A model generated the notes under the pieces. That model was not told the origin of the DNA and did not search any database. It worked only from the letters and a program-made list of their open reading frames with translations. A stretch of DNA of 64,000 nucleotides from an uncultured Acidobacteriota bacterium. GTDB taxonomy: Bacteria > Acidobacteriota > Vicinamibacteria > Vicinamibacterales > Fen-181. Shown here one piece after another: positions 39,144-47,725 of this stretch (position 1 is the stretch's first letter; every line of letters begins with the position of its first letter). Position numbers and translations under genes: made by a program. The stretch lies in assembly GCA_963701315.1 (NCBI GenBank), contig OY969603.1, forward strand, positions 5,911,320 through 5,975,319, in the 5' to 3' direction.

Positions 39144-39965
39144 ATGACCGACCGCTGCGAGCTGTCCGTCGTCGTTCCCACCTACAACGAGCGCGAGCGC
39201 CTGGAAGAGCTCGTGGCATCCGTGTCGCACATCTACGACACCCATCACATCCAAGGCGAGCTGGTCGTCGTCGACGACAACTCCCCGGACGGTACGGGCC
39301 AGATCGCCGACGCCCTCAAGAGTCGGTTTCCTCTTCAGGTCGTCCACCGGGCAGGCAAACTCGGCTTGGGCAGCGCCGTGATCGAAGGGTTCGCGACGGC
39401 TCGGGGCGAGGTGCTCGGCGTGATGGACGCCGATCTGAGCCATCCGCCCTCGGCGCTGCCCGGCCTACTCGCCGTCCTGCGTGCGCTCGACGTGGACATC
39501 GTGATCGGGAGCCGGTACATCCCGGGCGGTGGCGCGGAGAACTGGCCGTTCCTGCGCCTGGCCATGTCGCGCGTCGCGTGCGTGCTCGCCCGGCCGCTCA
39601 CGTCCGTGCGCGATGCGACATCGGGACTCTTCCTGGTCAAGCGGGCAGCCGTCGAGGGCGTGCAGATCTCGGCCGCGGGATTCAAGATCTGCCTGGAGCT
39701 GCTCCTGCGGAGCCGGATTGACGCCGTTGCCGAGGTGCCGTACACCTTTGCCGACCGGGCCGCCGGAGAGAGCAAGATGACGGTGCGCGAGACGCTCGGC
39801 TACTTCCGCCAGCTGGGCGACCTCTGCTGGCTGAAACGGGCGGCGGGTCGGCGGCCGCGCCCCCGTTACCATCGCGTGTCCGAGGCCGACCTCAAGGCGT
39901 TGATCGCCGCAGCGTTCGCGAGCGACGCGGGCGGCGCCGCTAGGCCGCCGGCGCCCGCTCGGTGA
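39144..39965 (+). CDS. GT2 polyprenyl-phosphate glycosyl (mannosyl)-transferase, Dpm1/Ppm1-like
   Basis: ATG at 39144. Motifs LSVVVPTYNERERL, LVVVDDNSPDGT, GVMDADLSHPP and IVIGSRY are typical of dolichyl/polyprenyl-phosphate mannose synthases. The sugar specificity cannot be read from the sequence. Confidence 0.75.
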   Translation: MTDRCELSVVVPTYNERERLEELVASVSHIYDTHHIQGELVVVDDNSPDGTGQIADALKSRFPLQVVHRAGKLGLGSAVIEGFATARGEVLGVMDADLSHPPSALPGLLAVLRALDVDIVIGSRYIPGGGAENWPFLRLAMSRVACVLARPLTSVRDATSGLFLVKRAAVEGVQISAAGFKICLELLLRSRIDAVAEVPYTFADRAAGESKMTVRETLGYFRQLGDLCWLKRAAGRRPRPRYHRVSEADLKALIAAAFASDAGGAARPPAPAR

Positions 39966-41421
39966 CGGGTCCCCCCGCCGACGGTTCCCGCTGCCCGATC
40001 AGCATCCGCGTCACGATCTTCCAGACGAGCACCTGGTTGGTGAACACGATGCGCCCGATGTCGCCGAGGTGGCGCAGGATGTAGCGCGGGCGCAGGAAGA
40101 AGCGCCGCCGCGCGCGGCTGAGCGCCCTCATGACCACGTCCTCGTCGAGCCCGTTGCCCGAGAGGACGTAGTAGGCGTATTCCATCTTCGACCAGTCGTC
40201 GGTGGTCAGCAGCCCGTCGCGCCGCGCCTTCTCGTAGAGCTCGGTGCCCGGGTACGGCACCGCCGGGTAGAAGTTGGCGAAATCGGCGTCGAGCTCGATC
40301 GCATAGCGGGTCGTCTGCTCCATCGACTCGGGCGTCTCGCCCGGATAGCCGTAGATGAAGAAGGCGAACGACTTGATCCCCGCCGCGCGGAGGTTGCGGA
40401 AGGCCTGCTGGATCTTCTGGCGCTCGAGGCGCTTGAGCATGTCCTTGCGCACCGCGTCGGATTCCGATTCGATCCCCATCGACAGCATCCAGCAGCCCGC
40501 TCGCGCCAGGCGCTGAACGAACGCCGGGTCGACCAGATTGTCGGCCCGCGCGTTGGCGAGCCACCGGACGCCGAGGTTCCGGGCGATGAGCTCGTCGCAG
40601 AACTGCCCGAAGCTCTTGGCGTTCAGCGTGACCGTGTCTCCCCACAGGTAGAAGTAGTTGATGCCGTGCTCGCGCTGCGTGCGTTCGATCTCGTCCACGA
40701 GCACATGCGGCGCGCGTTCCCGGAACTTGTGCCCGTGGTGAAGCGGCACGACGCAGAAGTCGCACGAGTACGGGCAGCCGCGGCTCGTCTCGACCAGCAC
40801 GTACGACTTGTTCACCAGCGGGAGACGGTAGCGCCTGAGCGGGAGCAGATCCCACGCCGGATGCGGCATGTCGAGGAACCCGGAGAAGGTGCCCCGGCCC
40901 GTGTTCGGGATGACCACCCCGTGCCGCCGGAGCACGACCCCCGGGACGGCGGATGCGCCGTCGAGATCCTCGAGCGTCGCGATGGCCACCACCGCGTCCT
41001 CGGGTTCACCGACGACCATCGCATCCACGTGGGGCGCTCGCTCCATCGACTCGAGCGGCGCCGCCGACGCGTGCGGGCCGAAGCACACCAGCGGAGCGCC
41101 GTAGCGCCGCTTGAGTTTGGTCATCTCGCTGACGTCGAAGGCCAGCGTCGGCGTCGTGCTGCAGCACACGATCAGCGAGGGGGTGAAACCGTCGCGGTCC
41201 AGCCGGGCGATGACCTCTTCGGTCGTGGCGCGCTCCGCAGTCTGGTCGATCAGGCGGAAATCGAGGCCGCGCTGGCGGAACAGGGAGGCCATGACGATCA
41301 GCGAGTACGGCGGTTTGGTGGTGCCAAGGACCTCGTCCCGTTCCTGGCAGCGCCCTTGGCGGGTGAAAGCCACGCCGTTGACGAGCGGCGGATTGATGAG
41401 GAGCGTCGATCGGCCAATCAT
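39940..41421 (-). CDS. B12-binding-domain radical SAM enzyme (class B)
   Basis: 493 aa. The N-terminal cobalamin-binding-like domain reads LLINPP...PPYSLIVMASLFRQRGLDFRLIDQ...LIVCCSTTPT. The radical SAM cluster motif is ETSRGCPYSCDFC. The 3' end overlaps the convergent GT2 gene by 26 nt. Confidence 0.8.
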   Translation of the reverse strand: MIGRSTLLINPPLVNGVAFTRQGRCQERDEVLGTTKPPYSLIVMASLFRQRGLDFRLIDQTAERATTEEVIARLDRDGFTPSLIVCCSTTPTLAFDVSEMTKLKRRYGAPLVCFGPHASAAPLESMERAPHVDAMVVGEPEDAVVAIATLEDLDGASAVPGVVLRRHGVVIPNTGRGTFSGFLDMPHPAWDLLPLRRYRLPLVNKSYVLVETSRGCPYSCDFCVVPLHHGHKFRERAPHVLVDEIERTQREHGINYFYLWGDTVTLNAKSFGQFCDELIARNLGVRWLANARADNLVDPAFVQRLARAGCWMLSMGIESESDAVRKDMLKRLERQKIQQAFRNLRAAGIKSFAFFIYGYPGETPESMEQTTRYAIELDADFANFYPAVPYPGTELYEKARRDGLLTTDDWSKMEYAYYVLSGNGLDEDVVMRALSRARRRFFLRPRYILRHLGDIGRIVFTNQVLVWKIVTRMLIGQREPSAGGPVTERAPAA

Positions 41422-41458
41422 GTGTGGTTCCTAGTGACGCGGGCTCCTGCCGTCGGCG

Positions 41459-42694
41459 TTACCGAGGCCCGCCGACCGGGGTCAGGGCGAACGTCCTTCG
41501 CCCCTTCACCGCGGTGGCGGCCACGGGAACGGGCTCGGGCGACAACTCGACCTTGCAGCACCGCCGGCACACCGGGAAGATCTCGCGCTCCAGGAGCCGG
41601 CGGCGGAGCTCCACGTAGCGCTCGTTGTTCCAGACCTGGGCGAGCGTCGAGCTCGTCAGGTCGCCCACTTCGACCCGGATGAACGGGCAGAAGTACACCT
41701 TCCCGCTGAACCCGACGCGGGCGTTGAGGAACGGGTACAGGCACCGCCCGCGCAGCGGCGTCCCCGGAGTATAGTAGCCCTCGACCAGTTGGGGGTACAC
41801 CTTCGGCCGGTAGTCGAAGCGAATTCGCTGCTCGCGGCAGCGGGCTTCGAGCGCGGCCACCTGGCGGGCCACGTCGGCCGGGGCCAGGCCCGGGTCGGGC
41901 GTGACGAACGTCGCGATGAGGGACCGGTCGGTCTGGCCGAGGATCTTCAGGGTCTGATCGACTTCCTCGGGTGTCGCGTACATCAGGTGGTTGAGGCCGA
42001 TGGCGTCGACGCCGAGGTCGCGGGCGACGTCCACCATCCGGTCCAGCGCCTCGAGGCTCTCCCGCGCGACCGTCGTGTTAATGCTGACCTTGAGCGGCGC
42101 CCCGCTCACCCGAGCGGCTTCCTGCAGCCGCCGAAGGCCGGCGGCGGTGCGCGCGAACGTCCCCGCGACGCCGCGCGCCGCGTCGTGGAGCGTGTCGGGG
42201 CCGTCAATCGACACGCTGATGTGCCGCACGAATCCCGCGCGCGCCAGACCAGCAAGCGCCGCGGCCCGGGCCTCGGTGATGGCCGTGCCGTTCGTCGTCA
42301 GGTAGCCGCAGGCGTAGCCCTTCTCTCGGAACAGATCGAGCACCGCGTCGATGTCCTTCCGCACGAAGACCTCGCCGCCCGTCAAACTGACCTGGAGCCC
42401 TCTCTGCTGCGGGAACGCCTGCCGCAGCGCTTCCACCGAGAGCTCGCTCCGCCACTCGCCTTCGAGATTGAGCAGATCTCCGACGTAGCAGAAGGCGCAC
42501 TTGAGGTTGCACCGCATGGTCGCCTCGTACACCACGCCGGAGGGCAACGGGTCCGCCCGTCCCGTCCGGTCGGCGAGGAAGCGGTGCACGTCGCGGTCGT
42601 ACTGGCGGTGCCGCCACCGGGCGTGGAGCCGCTGGGCCGGCGGCCAGCGGCGCAGACGTCGGACGGCGAGTTCCCGCAGACGGCGGAAGGTCAT
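41459..42694 (-). CDS. radical SAM / SPASM-domain protein
   Basis: 411 aa. The CxxxCxxC motif is in ATMRCNLKCAFCY. The C-terminal auxiliary-cluster cysteines are GRCLYPF...VYFCPF...FPVCRRCCKV. Confidence 0.8.
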   Translation of the reverse strand: MTFRRLRELAVRRLRRWPPAQRLHARWRHRQYDRDVHRFLADRTGRADPLPSGVVYEATMRCNLKCAFCYVGDLLNLEGEWRSELSVEALRQAFPQQRGLQVSLTGGEVFVRKDIDAVLDLFREKGYACGYLTTNGTAITEARAAALAGLARAGFVRHISVSIDGPDTLHDAARGVAGTFARTAAGLRRLQEAARVSGAPLKVSINTTVARESLEALDRMVDVARDLGVDAIGLNHLMYATPEEVDQTLKILGQTDRSLIATFVTPDPGLAPADVARQVAALEARCREQRIRFDYRPKVYPQLVEGYYTPGTPLRGRCLYPFLNARVGFSGKVYFCPFIRVEVGDLTSSTLAQVWNNERYVELRRRLLEREIFPVCRRCCKVELSPEPVPVAATAVKGRRTFALTPVGGPR

Positions 42695-42713
42695 AGGAGA
42701 CCTGGATTGTACT

Positions 42714-44283
42714 TCACTCGGAGGGCAGCGACCCCGACGCCGGCTCGGCTTTGCCGCTCGGTTTCTCGTTCCCGCGGGGAGAGGCCGCGCGGCTCGTCCG
42801 TGCCGACCAGACCGAGTCGAGCATCCGCCGCACCACGGCGAGTTCCTTTCGGTGGAAGAACCCCAGCACCCCGAGCAGGGTGGGGTACAGCACCACCACG
42901 ATCGCCCCGCGCGCCATCACCCCGACGACGGCCAGCCGGACGGGCGGCACGAGGACGGCCGCGACCAGGTACGCACCGACCCCGGCAGCCACGATGCGGG
43001 CCAGGCGTCCCCACTCGTGCGGGACCGGGTAGAAGCGATGCGACAACGCGTAGGCGACGAGGGCCAGCACCGCGTAGGAGATGACGTTGGCCCAGGCGGG
43101 CCCGATCATGCCGAAGCGGGGAATGAGGACGATGTTGGCCAGGATGTTCGCAACCGCGGCCGCCGCGGCCGCCAAGGGGTAGGTACTGCGTGTGCCGGGT
43201 GATGTTCATCCCGATCGAGGTGAGCAGGTAGACCCCCTGCAGGGTGACCGCGATGGTCGTCCACGGCACGACGACCGCCGCCTCGTGGAACTTCGCCTGC
43301 GTCATGAGCCGCACGAGGTCGTGCGCGACAGCCGACAGGCCGGCCGAGAGCAGGACCAGCACCGCCACGCCGTAGGTCGTGATGAGGGCGAAGGTCCGCG
43401 GTGCGTCCTTCTCCTTCATCGTCTGGAAGTAGAACGGCGCCCAGGCGTATTCGAACGCACTCAGGAAGAACTTGAGCGCGAGCCCGAGGCTCGAGCCGAC
43501 CTGGTACAGCCCGATGGTCCGGAGGTTCTGCATGCCGCCGCCCACCAGGAGGACTCGCATCAGGTAGGCGTCGGTCGCGGGCCCCACGATCTGCTGCGCG
43601 ATGCCATGCGGCACGCGCGGGAGGCCGAACCGGAGGACTTCGCCCAGGGTCTGCCACGAGAAGGTCTGGCGGATGAGCGGGACGAACCAGCGCAGGAGGA
43701 CGACGGCGAACGCGACCGTGATGACCAGCTCCGAGAGCACGAGGCCCATCACGCCGTAGCGCAACCCGACGACGAGCACCACGCGAGCGGCGACCGTGGT
43801 CGCCGACCGCGCGAAGGTGAGCACGGAGAACCGCCGGGCCTGGTTCCGGATCCGGAAGACGTGGAACGGGAGGAAGAAGAAGCCGCCGACGAAGGTGCTG
43901 AGGATGGTCAGCTGCAGCGCGAGGGTCTGGCCTTTCACCTGGAAGTAGCGCTCGGAGTAGAGCGGAGCGGCCAGGAGCGCGGCCAGGAGGATCGCCCCGT
44001 TGGCGGCGACCAGGAAGAAGAAGATCGTGCTCGCCAGCCGCTGGCGCGCGCGATCGTCGTCGCAGTCGTAGAAGAACCGCATGAACGACGCGTCGACGCC
44101 CCAGCGAAACACGATCTTCGCGACGAGGCTCGCCGTCAGCAACATGGCCCAGATGCCGTACCAGACTGGGTCCAGGTACTTCGTGAACAGCGGCATCAGG
44201 AGGAAGCTGACGATGTGCGTCGCGACGTCACCCATCCCGTAGACCGCGAGGTTTGTGCTGAGCGTCTTGAGTTTCTGGAGCAC
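42714..44283 (-). pseudogene. Wzx-type oligosaccharide flippase (MOP/polysaccharide biosynthesis protein family), one frameshift as assembled
   Basis: ORF 42691..44283 is flippase-like up to ...GMNITRHTQY. It continues in frame 42714..43175 (AAAAAAVANILANIVLIPRFGMIGPAWANVISY). The shift lies in or next to ggtactg (43182-43188). Confidence 0.7.
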
Positions 44284-44284
44284 G

Positions 44285-45004
44285 TCAACCCCGCCCGGCC
44301 TTGCGCAGGCGCAGGATGTTCAGGAAGCACCAGCCGGGTATCGGCAGGAGCCGCGTCAGCCAGCGGTGCCACGCGAGCAGCTTCGCCGGGTGACGGCGGA
44401 TGAGATGGGTGAGGACGGGCAGCGTGGGGAAGACCCCGCGGCGCTCGACCACGTCGAAGCCCGCGCGCGCGATGAGGCCGAGGTACTCGGCGATCGGGCG
44501 GTCCCCTGGGTGCTTCAGCACGCTGGCGGTCCGGATCAGCCGGCCGGTCAGCAGGAAGTGGACTCGCGACTGCAGGTGCGCCAGGTTGGGGACCGACACG
44601 AGGGCCTCGCCGTCTGGCGAGAGCACCCGGTTCAGTTCGGCGAGCGCCACACCCTGCGCGTCGAAGCCGAGGTGTTCCAGCACGTCGAGGCACAGGACCC
44701 GAGCAAACGCGGCGTCTGGGTATGGCAGGGCCGTCACGCTTCCATGCCGGACGCGGTCCGAGACGAAGTTCTCGTCGACGCCTTCGATGGCCAGCCGCGT
44801 GGCGTACTCCGCCACCAGGACCCCTTCACCGCAGCCGGCGTCGAGCACGGACGTGCCGGGGGGAAGACGGTTGAGGTACTTCCGCACGAACTCGAGCTTC
44901 GCGAGGTACGTCGGGTAGAAATCCCAGGCAGGATCCGGCGTGGCGTGGTAGTCCCCACGCGTCGCGTACTCACCCGACCGCCGCGGCGCAGCCACGTCAG
45001 GCAT
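44285..45004 (-). CDS. class I SAM-dependent methyltransferase
   Basis: Motif I is SVLDAGCGEGVLV, with FARVLCLDVLEHL and LSPDGEALVSVPN. Its stop lies 1 nt from the Wzx start. Confidence 0.8.
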   Translation of the reverse strand: MPDVAAPRRSGEYATRGDYHATPDPAWDFYPTYLAKLEFVRKYLNRLPPGTSVLDAGCGEGVLVAEYATRLAIEGVDENFVSDRVRHGSVTALPYPDAAFARVLCLDVLEHLGFDAQGVALAELNRVLSPDGEALVSVPNLAHLQSRVHFLLTGRLIRTASVLKHPGDRPIAEYLGLIARAGFDVVERRGVFPTLPVLTHLIRRHPAKLLAWHRWLTRLLPIPGWCFLNILRLRKAGRG

Positions 45005-45064
45005 AGAGGGGCCGATTGTACCGGCAATGGACCCGAAACGAGAAGCCGCGCCGGGGGGAGTCCG

Positions 45065-45964
45065 CTAGACCTGTCCGTCCGACCCGGGTGACGGACTCTG
45101 CTTCGACTTGTCCGGCGCCGTTGGCGGCTGGCCAGGCTTGACAGGGAGCGTCGGCCCGTATGGGCTGGCGTTGGGCTTTGCGGGCGGCATCTCCTGATCG
45201 GGCAGGCCATACGGGTTGCGGAACGACGTCGGTGCGGGAGCCGTCGGCACTCCAGGTCGAGCCTGACCCGTCGGGACGGTCGCCGGCGACGCGGGAGTCA
45301 TTCCGGGGTAGGGACTGGTCTCCAGCTTCGTCGGCGCGGTCGACAGGCCGGGGACCGACGAGCCGGAGGCGGGCGACTGGCCAGACGGCGGGGCGGCGCC
45401 ACCCGAGGGCTGCACGGGCTCGCTACCACCCGGCGCGACCGGCGCCGCGGAGCCGGGGAACGTCCCATCGGGCGCGAGGAACCCATCCGGGCGCCCGGCG
45501 GCGCCGCCCGGGAACGGGCGGACCCCCCGCCCGCGGGGCATCGCGTCGCCGCGGGCGGCCGGCGCTGGCGGCGCCGACACGGCACCCGGCGGGGGAGCGA
45601 TGCCCGGCAGCAGGAGGAGCTTCTCGTAGCGCGAGGCGCCGATGGATGCGTCGACGCTCCGGGGCGCCGCGATGAAGCCGGCGGTGCCGCGCAGCAGCGT
45701 CGCAATCGCCTGTCCTTCGGGCACGTCGACCAACTGCAGCGAGACCGGGCCGCCGGCCAGCCGGTCCAGGTTGGTGACGTTGACCGCCCCGAGGCGGGCC
45801 CATTCGGCCAGAATCTGTCGCGGCGTCGCGTCGGCGGCGATGATGCTGACCCGGCCGTCGTGGAAGGTGATCGTCACCTCTCCGGCCCAGACAGGGCTGG
45901 CCCAGACGGCGAGCACGAGCGCGCCCAGCGCCAGAAGTCGGCCTGCGTTCGCGCCTTCCCCCAC
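45065..45964 (-). CDS. membrane-anchored STN-like domain protein with long Pro-rich tail (paralog of 56649..57437)
   Basis: GTG at 45964 is preceded by GGGAGG at 7-8 nt. The start lies 5 nt after the upstream stop. The anchor or signal is RLLALGALVLAVWASPVWA. A ~75-aa domain follows (GEVTITFHDGRVSIIAADATPRQILAEWARLGAVNVTNLDRLAGGPVSLQLVDVPEGQAIATLLRGTAGFIAAPR) whose pattern resembles secretin/TonB short N-terminal (STN) domains. The last ~190 aa are a Pro/Gly/Ala/Ser-rich tail. Confidence 0.5.
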   Translation of the reverse strand: MGEGANAGRLLALGALVLAVWASPVWAGEVTITFHDGRVSIIAADATPRQILAEWARLGAVNVTNLDRLAGGPVSLQLVDVPEGQAIATLLRGTAGFIAAPRSVDASIGASRYEKLLLLPGIAPPPGAVSAPPAPAARGDAMPRGRGVRPFPGGAAGRPDGFLAPDGTFPGSAAPVAPGGSEPVQPSGGAAPPSGQSPASGSSVPGLSTAPTKLETSPYPGMTPASPATVPTGQARPGVPTAPAPTSFRNPYGLPDQEMPPAKPNASPYGPTLPVKPGQPPTAPDKSKQSPSPGSDGQV

Positions 45965-45969
45965 CAGTC

Positions 45970-47619
45970 TTACCTCCCGACCCGATCGCCCGGCGCCTCC
46001 GGGCTCTCCAGAGTATACGCCCGGCCCTGCGCGCGGCGTTCCAGGAAGGTGAAGTACCCCGATTCGTGATTCACGGTGTCGTCGAGCCACACGGCGCGGA
46101 CCAGGTAGCCAGCGTCCACCTCGCGCAGGATCTCCGGCGGCACGACGTCCTCGACCGGTGCGGGCGACGGCGTGAAGAAGCGCGAGAACATCAGATACGT
46201 CGGGCGTTTCGCGAGGATGTACGGGAAGTCGGCCTTCTGGTGCCCGGGCATGCCCTTTTCCTGGTTTCGCGCGACAGGCAGGTGCGCGATATGCGTGTCC
46301 GCCAGCCCGAGGTAGTCGTACACGGTCATGTCCGCGTAGTAACCAATCGCCCCAATCGCGTCGGTGGCCACGCTGTCAGTCGCCGCCTTGCGGTAGCGAT
46401 TGAAGAACCGCCCGATGAGCGTGAGGCGGGCCACGCTCCAGCGTTCGACCTGCACGCCGCGGTAGTTCCCGTGCTGCTGGGACGGGCGCGCGAAGAACCG
46501 TTCGTCGACGGGCGTCGAGTGGAAGGCCGTCGCGCCTGCCGCGACCCCTACGACCGCCGCAAAGGCCCAACGCTTCGACCGGGACACGATCGCCGGGCGG
46601 AGGCTGGCCAACAGGGCCGCCGCTCCGATGTACAGCGGCGCGAGGACCGGCACGAAGAACCGGTGCATCGCCATGTAGTCGCCGCCGACGGCCACGACGT
46701 AGGCCGCATGGACGAGGAACACGGCGACGCACGTGACGACCAGGGCGTGAGCACGCACCGCCTCCGTTGCGCGACGCAGGCCCGGCAGGGAAGGTTGGTT
46801 GGCCTGTCCCTCCCAGAGCGCGAGCAGGCCCCAGGGCACCAGCGGGGCGACAAACTGCACGAAGAACCCAGCCGCCAGCAGCCCGCCCCGGAGGACCTGC
46901 CAGAGTCCGCCGCCGGTCTTGGCATAGAAGGAGTTCGGCAGCGGGTACCCGTAGTAGGCTAGACGCCACACAACGTAGCCCACGAGCGGAACCGCGTAGG
47001 CGGCGCCTGCGACCAGGAGCGTCCCCGCGTGCCGACGGGTGTCGCCCTGGGCGGCCAGCACAGCGATTGCGAGGAACGTGCCGAAGACCAACAGGCCTTC
47101 GGGTCGCACCAGCGTCGCCACGAGGAGCGTGAGGGCGGCAGCCACCAGGGTCCGGCGCTCGCCGGAGCGCCAGTAGGCGGCAAACAGCGCCACGCTCGCG
47201 AGCACGAGCGCCGCGAAGGGCACCATCTCCATCCCGCTCGTGGCCCATGCGGCGAACGGCCCGGCGACGGCCAGCATGAGCGGGGGCACGAGGGCGAACT
47301 CCGCCGACCATCCGGCCAGGCGGCGGCCGACGCGGTAGGCAAGGACGATGGTCGCGGCCCCGGCGGCCAGGCCGACGACCTGCGCCACCCGGGGCATGTC
47401 CAGCCCGACCTTCATGGCGAGCGCCGAGAGGAGCACCCACAGCAGGCTCGTGTAGCCTTCGACGGGTGGCTGTCCGGGATTCCAGGTCAGCCCGAAGCCC
47501 TCGACCAGGTTCCGGGCATAGCGGAAGGTGATGTACGCGTCCTCGGCGAGGCCGCTGAGGTACGCAGCGTGAGCGAGGTAGAGGAGGAGGATGGCGGTCA
47601 GCCAGCGCCCCGGCTTCAT
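45970..47619 (-). CDS. polytopic GT-C-like membrane glycosyltransferase (family unassigned)
   Basis: The ORF track gives 45970..47655; I take the ATG at 47619 (MKPGRWLTAILLLYL), with the alternative GTG at 47655. The first-loop motif is AEDAYITFRYARNLVEGFGLTWNPGQPPVEGYTSLLW. More than ten TM segments follow, then a C-terminal soluble domain. Confidence 0.5.
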   Translation of the reverse strand: MKPGRWLTAILLLYLAHAAYLSGLAEDAYITFRYARNLVEGFGLTWNPGQPPVEGYTSLLWVLLSALAMKVGLDMPRVAQVVGLAAGAATIVLAYRVGRRLAGWSAEFALVPPLMLAVAGPFAAWATSGMEMVPFAALVLASVALFAAYWRSGERRTLVAAALTLLVATLVRPEGLLVFGTFLAIAVLAAQGDTRRHAGTLLVAGAAYAVPLVGYVVWRLAYYGYPLPNSFYAKTGGGLWQVLRGGLLAAGFFVQFVAPLVPWGLLALWEGQANQPSLPGLRRATEAVRAHALVVTCVAVFLVHAAYVVAVGGDYMAMHRFFVPVLAPLYIGAAALLASLRPAIVSRSKRWAFAAVVGVAAGATAFHSTPVDERFFARPSQQHGNYRGVQVERWSVARLTLIGRFFNRYRKAATDSVATDAIGAIGYYADMTVYDYLGLADTHIAHLPVARNQEKGMPGHQKADFPYILAKRPTYLMFSRFFTPSPAPVEDVVPPEILREVDAGYLVRAVWLDDTVNHESGYFTFLERRAQGRAYTLESPEAPGDRVGR

Positions 47620-47725
47620 GCAGGTTCCCGTGTCTCCGACCGCCGCGGGCTCCACTCGTGTCGAGCTGAGCCGAACGGGGCCGCCGTCGTCGACCGGCCC
47701 CGTCCGCGCGTTCCTCTGCGTCCGC

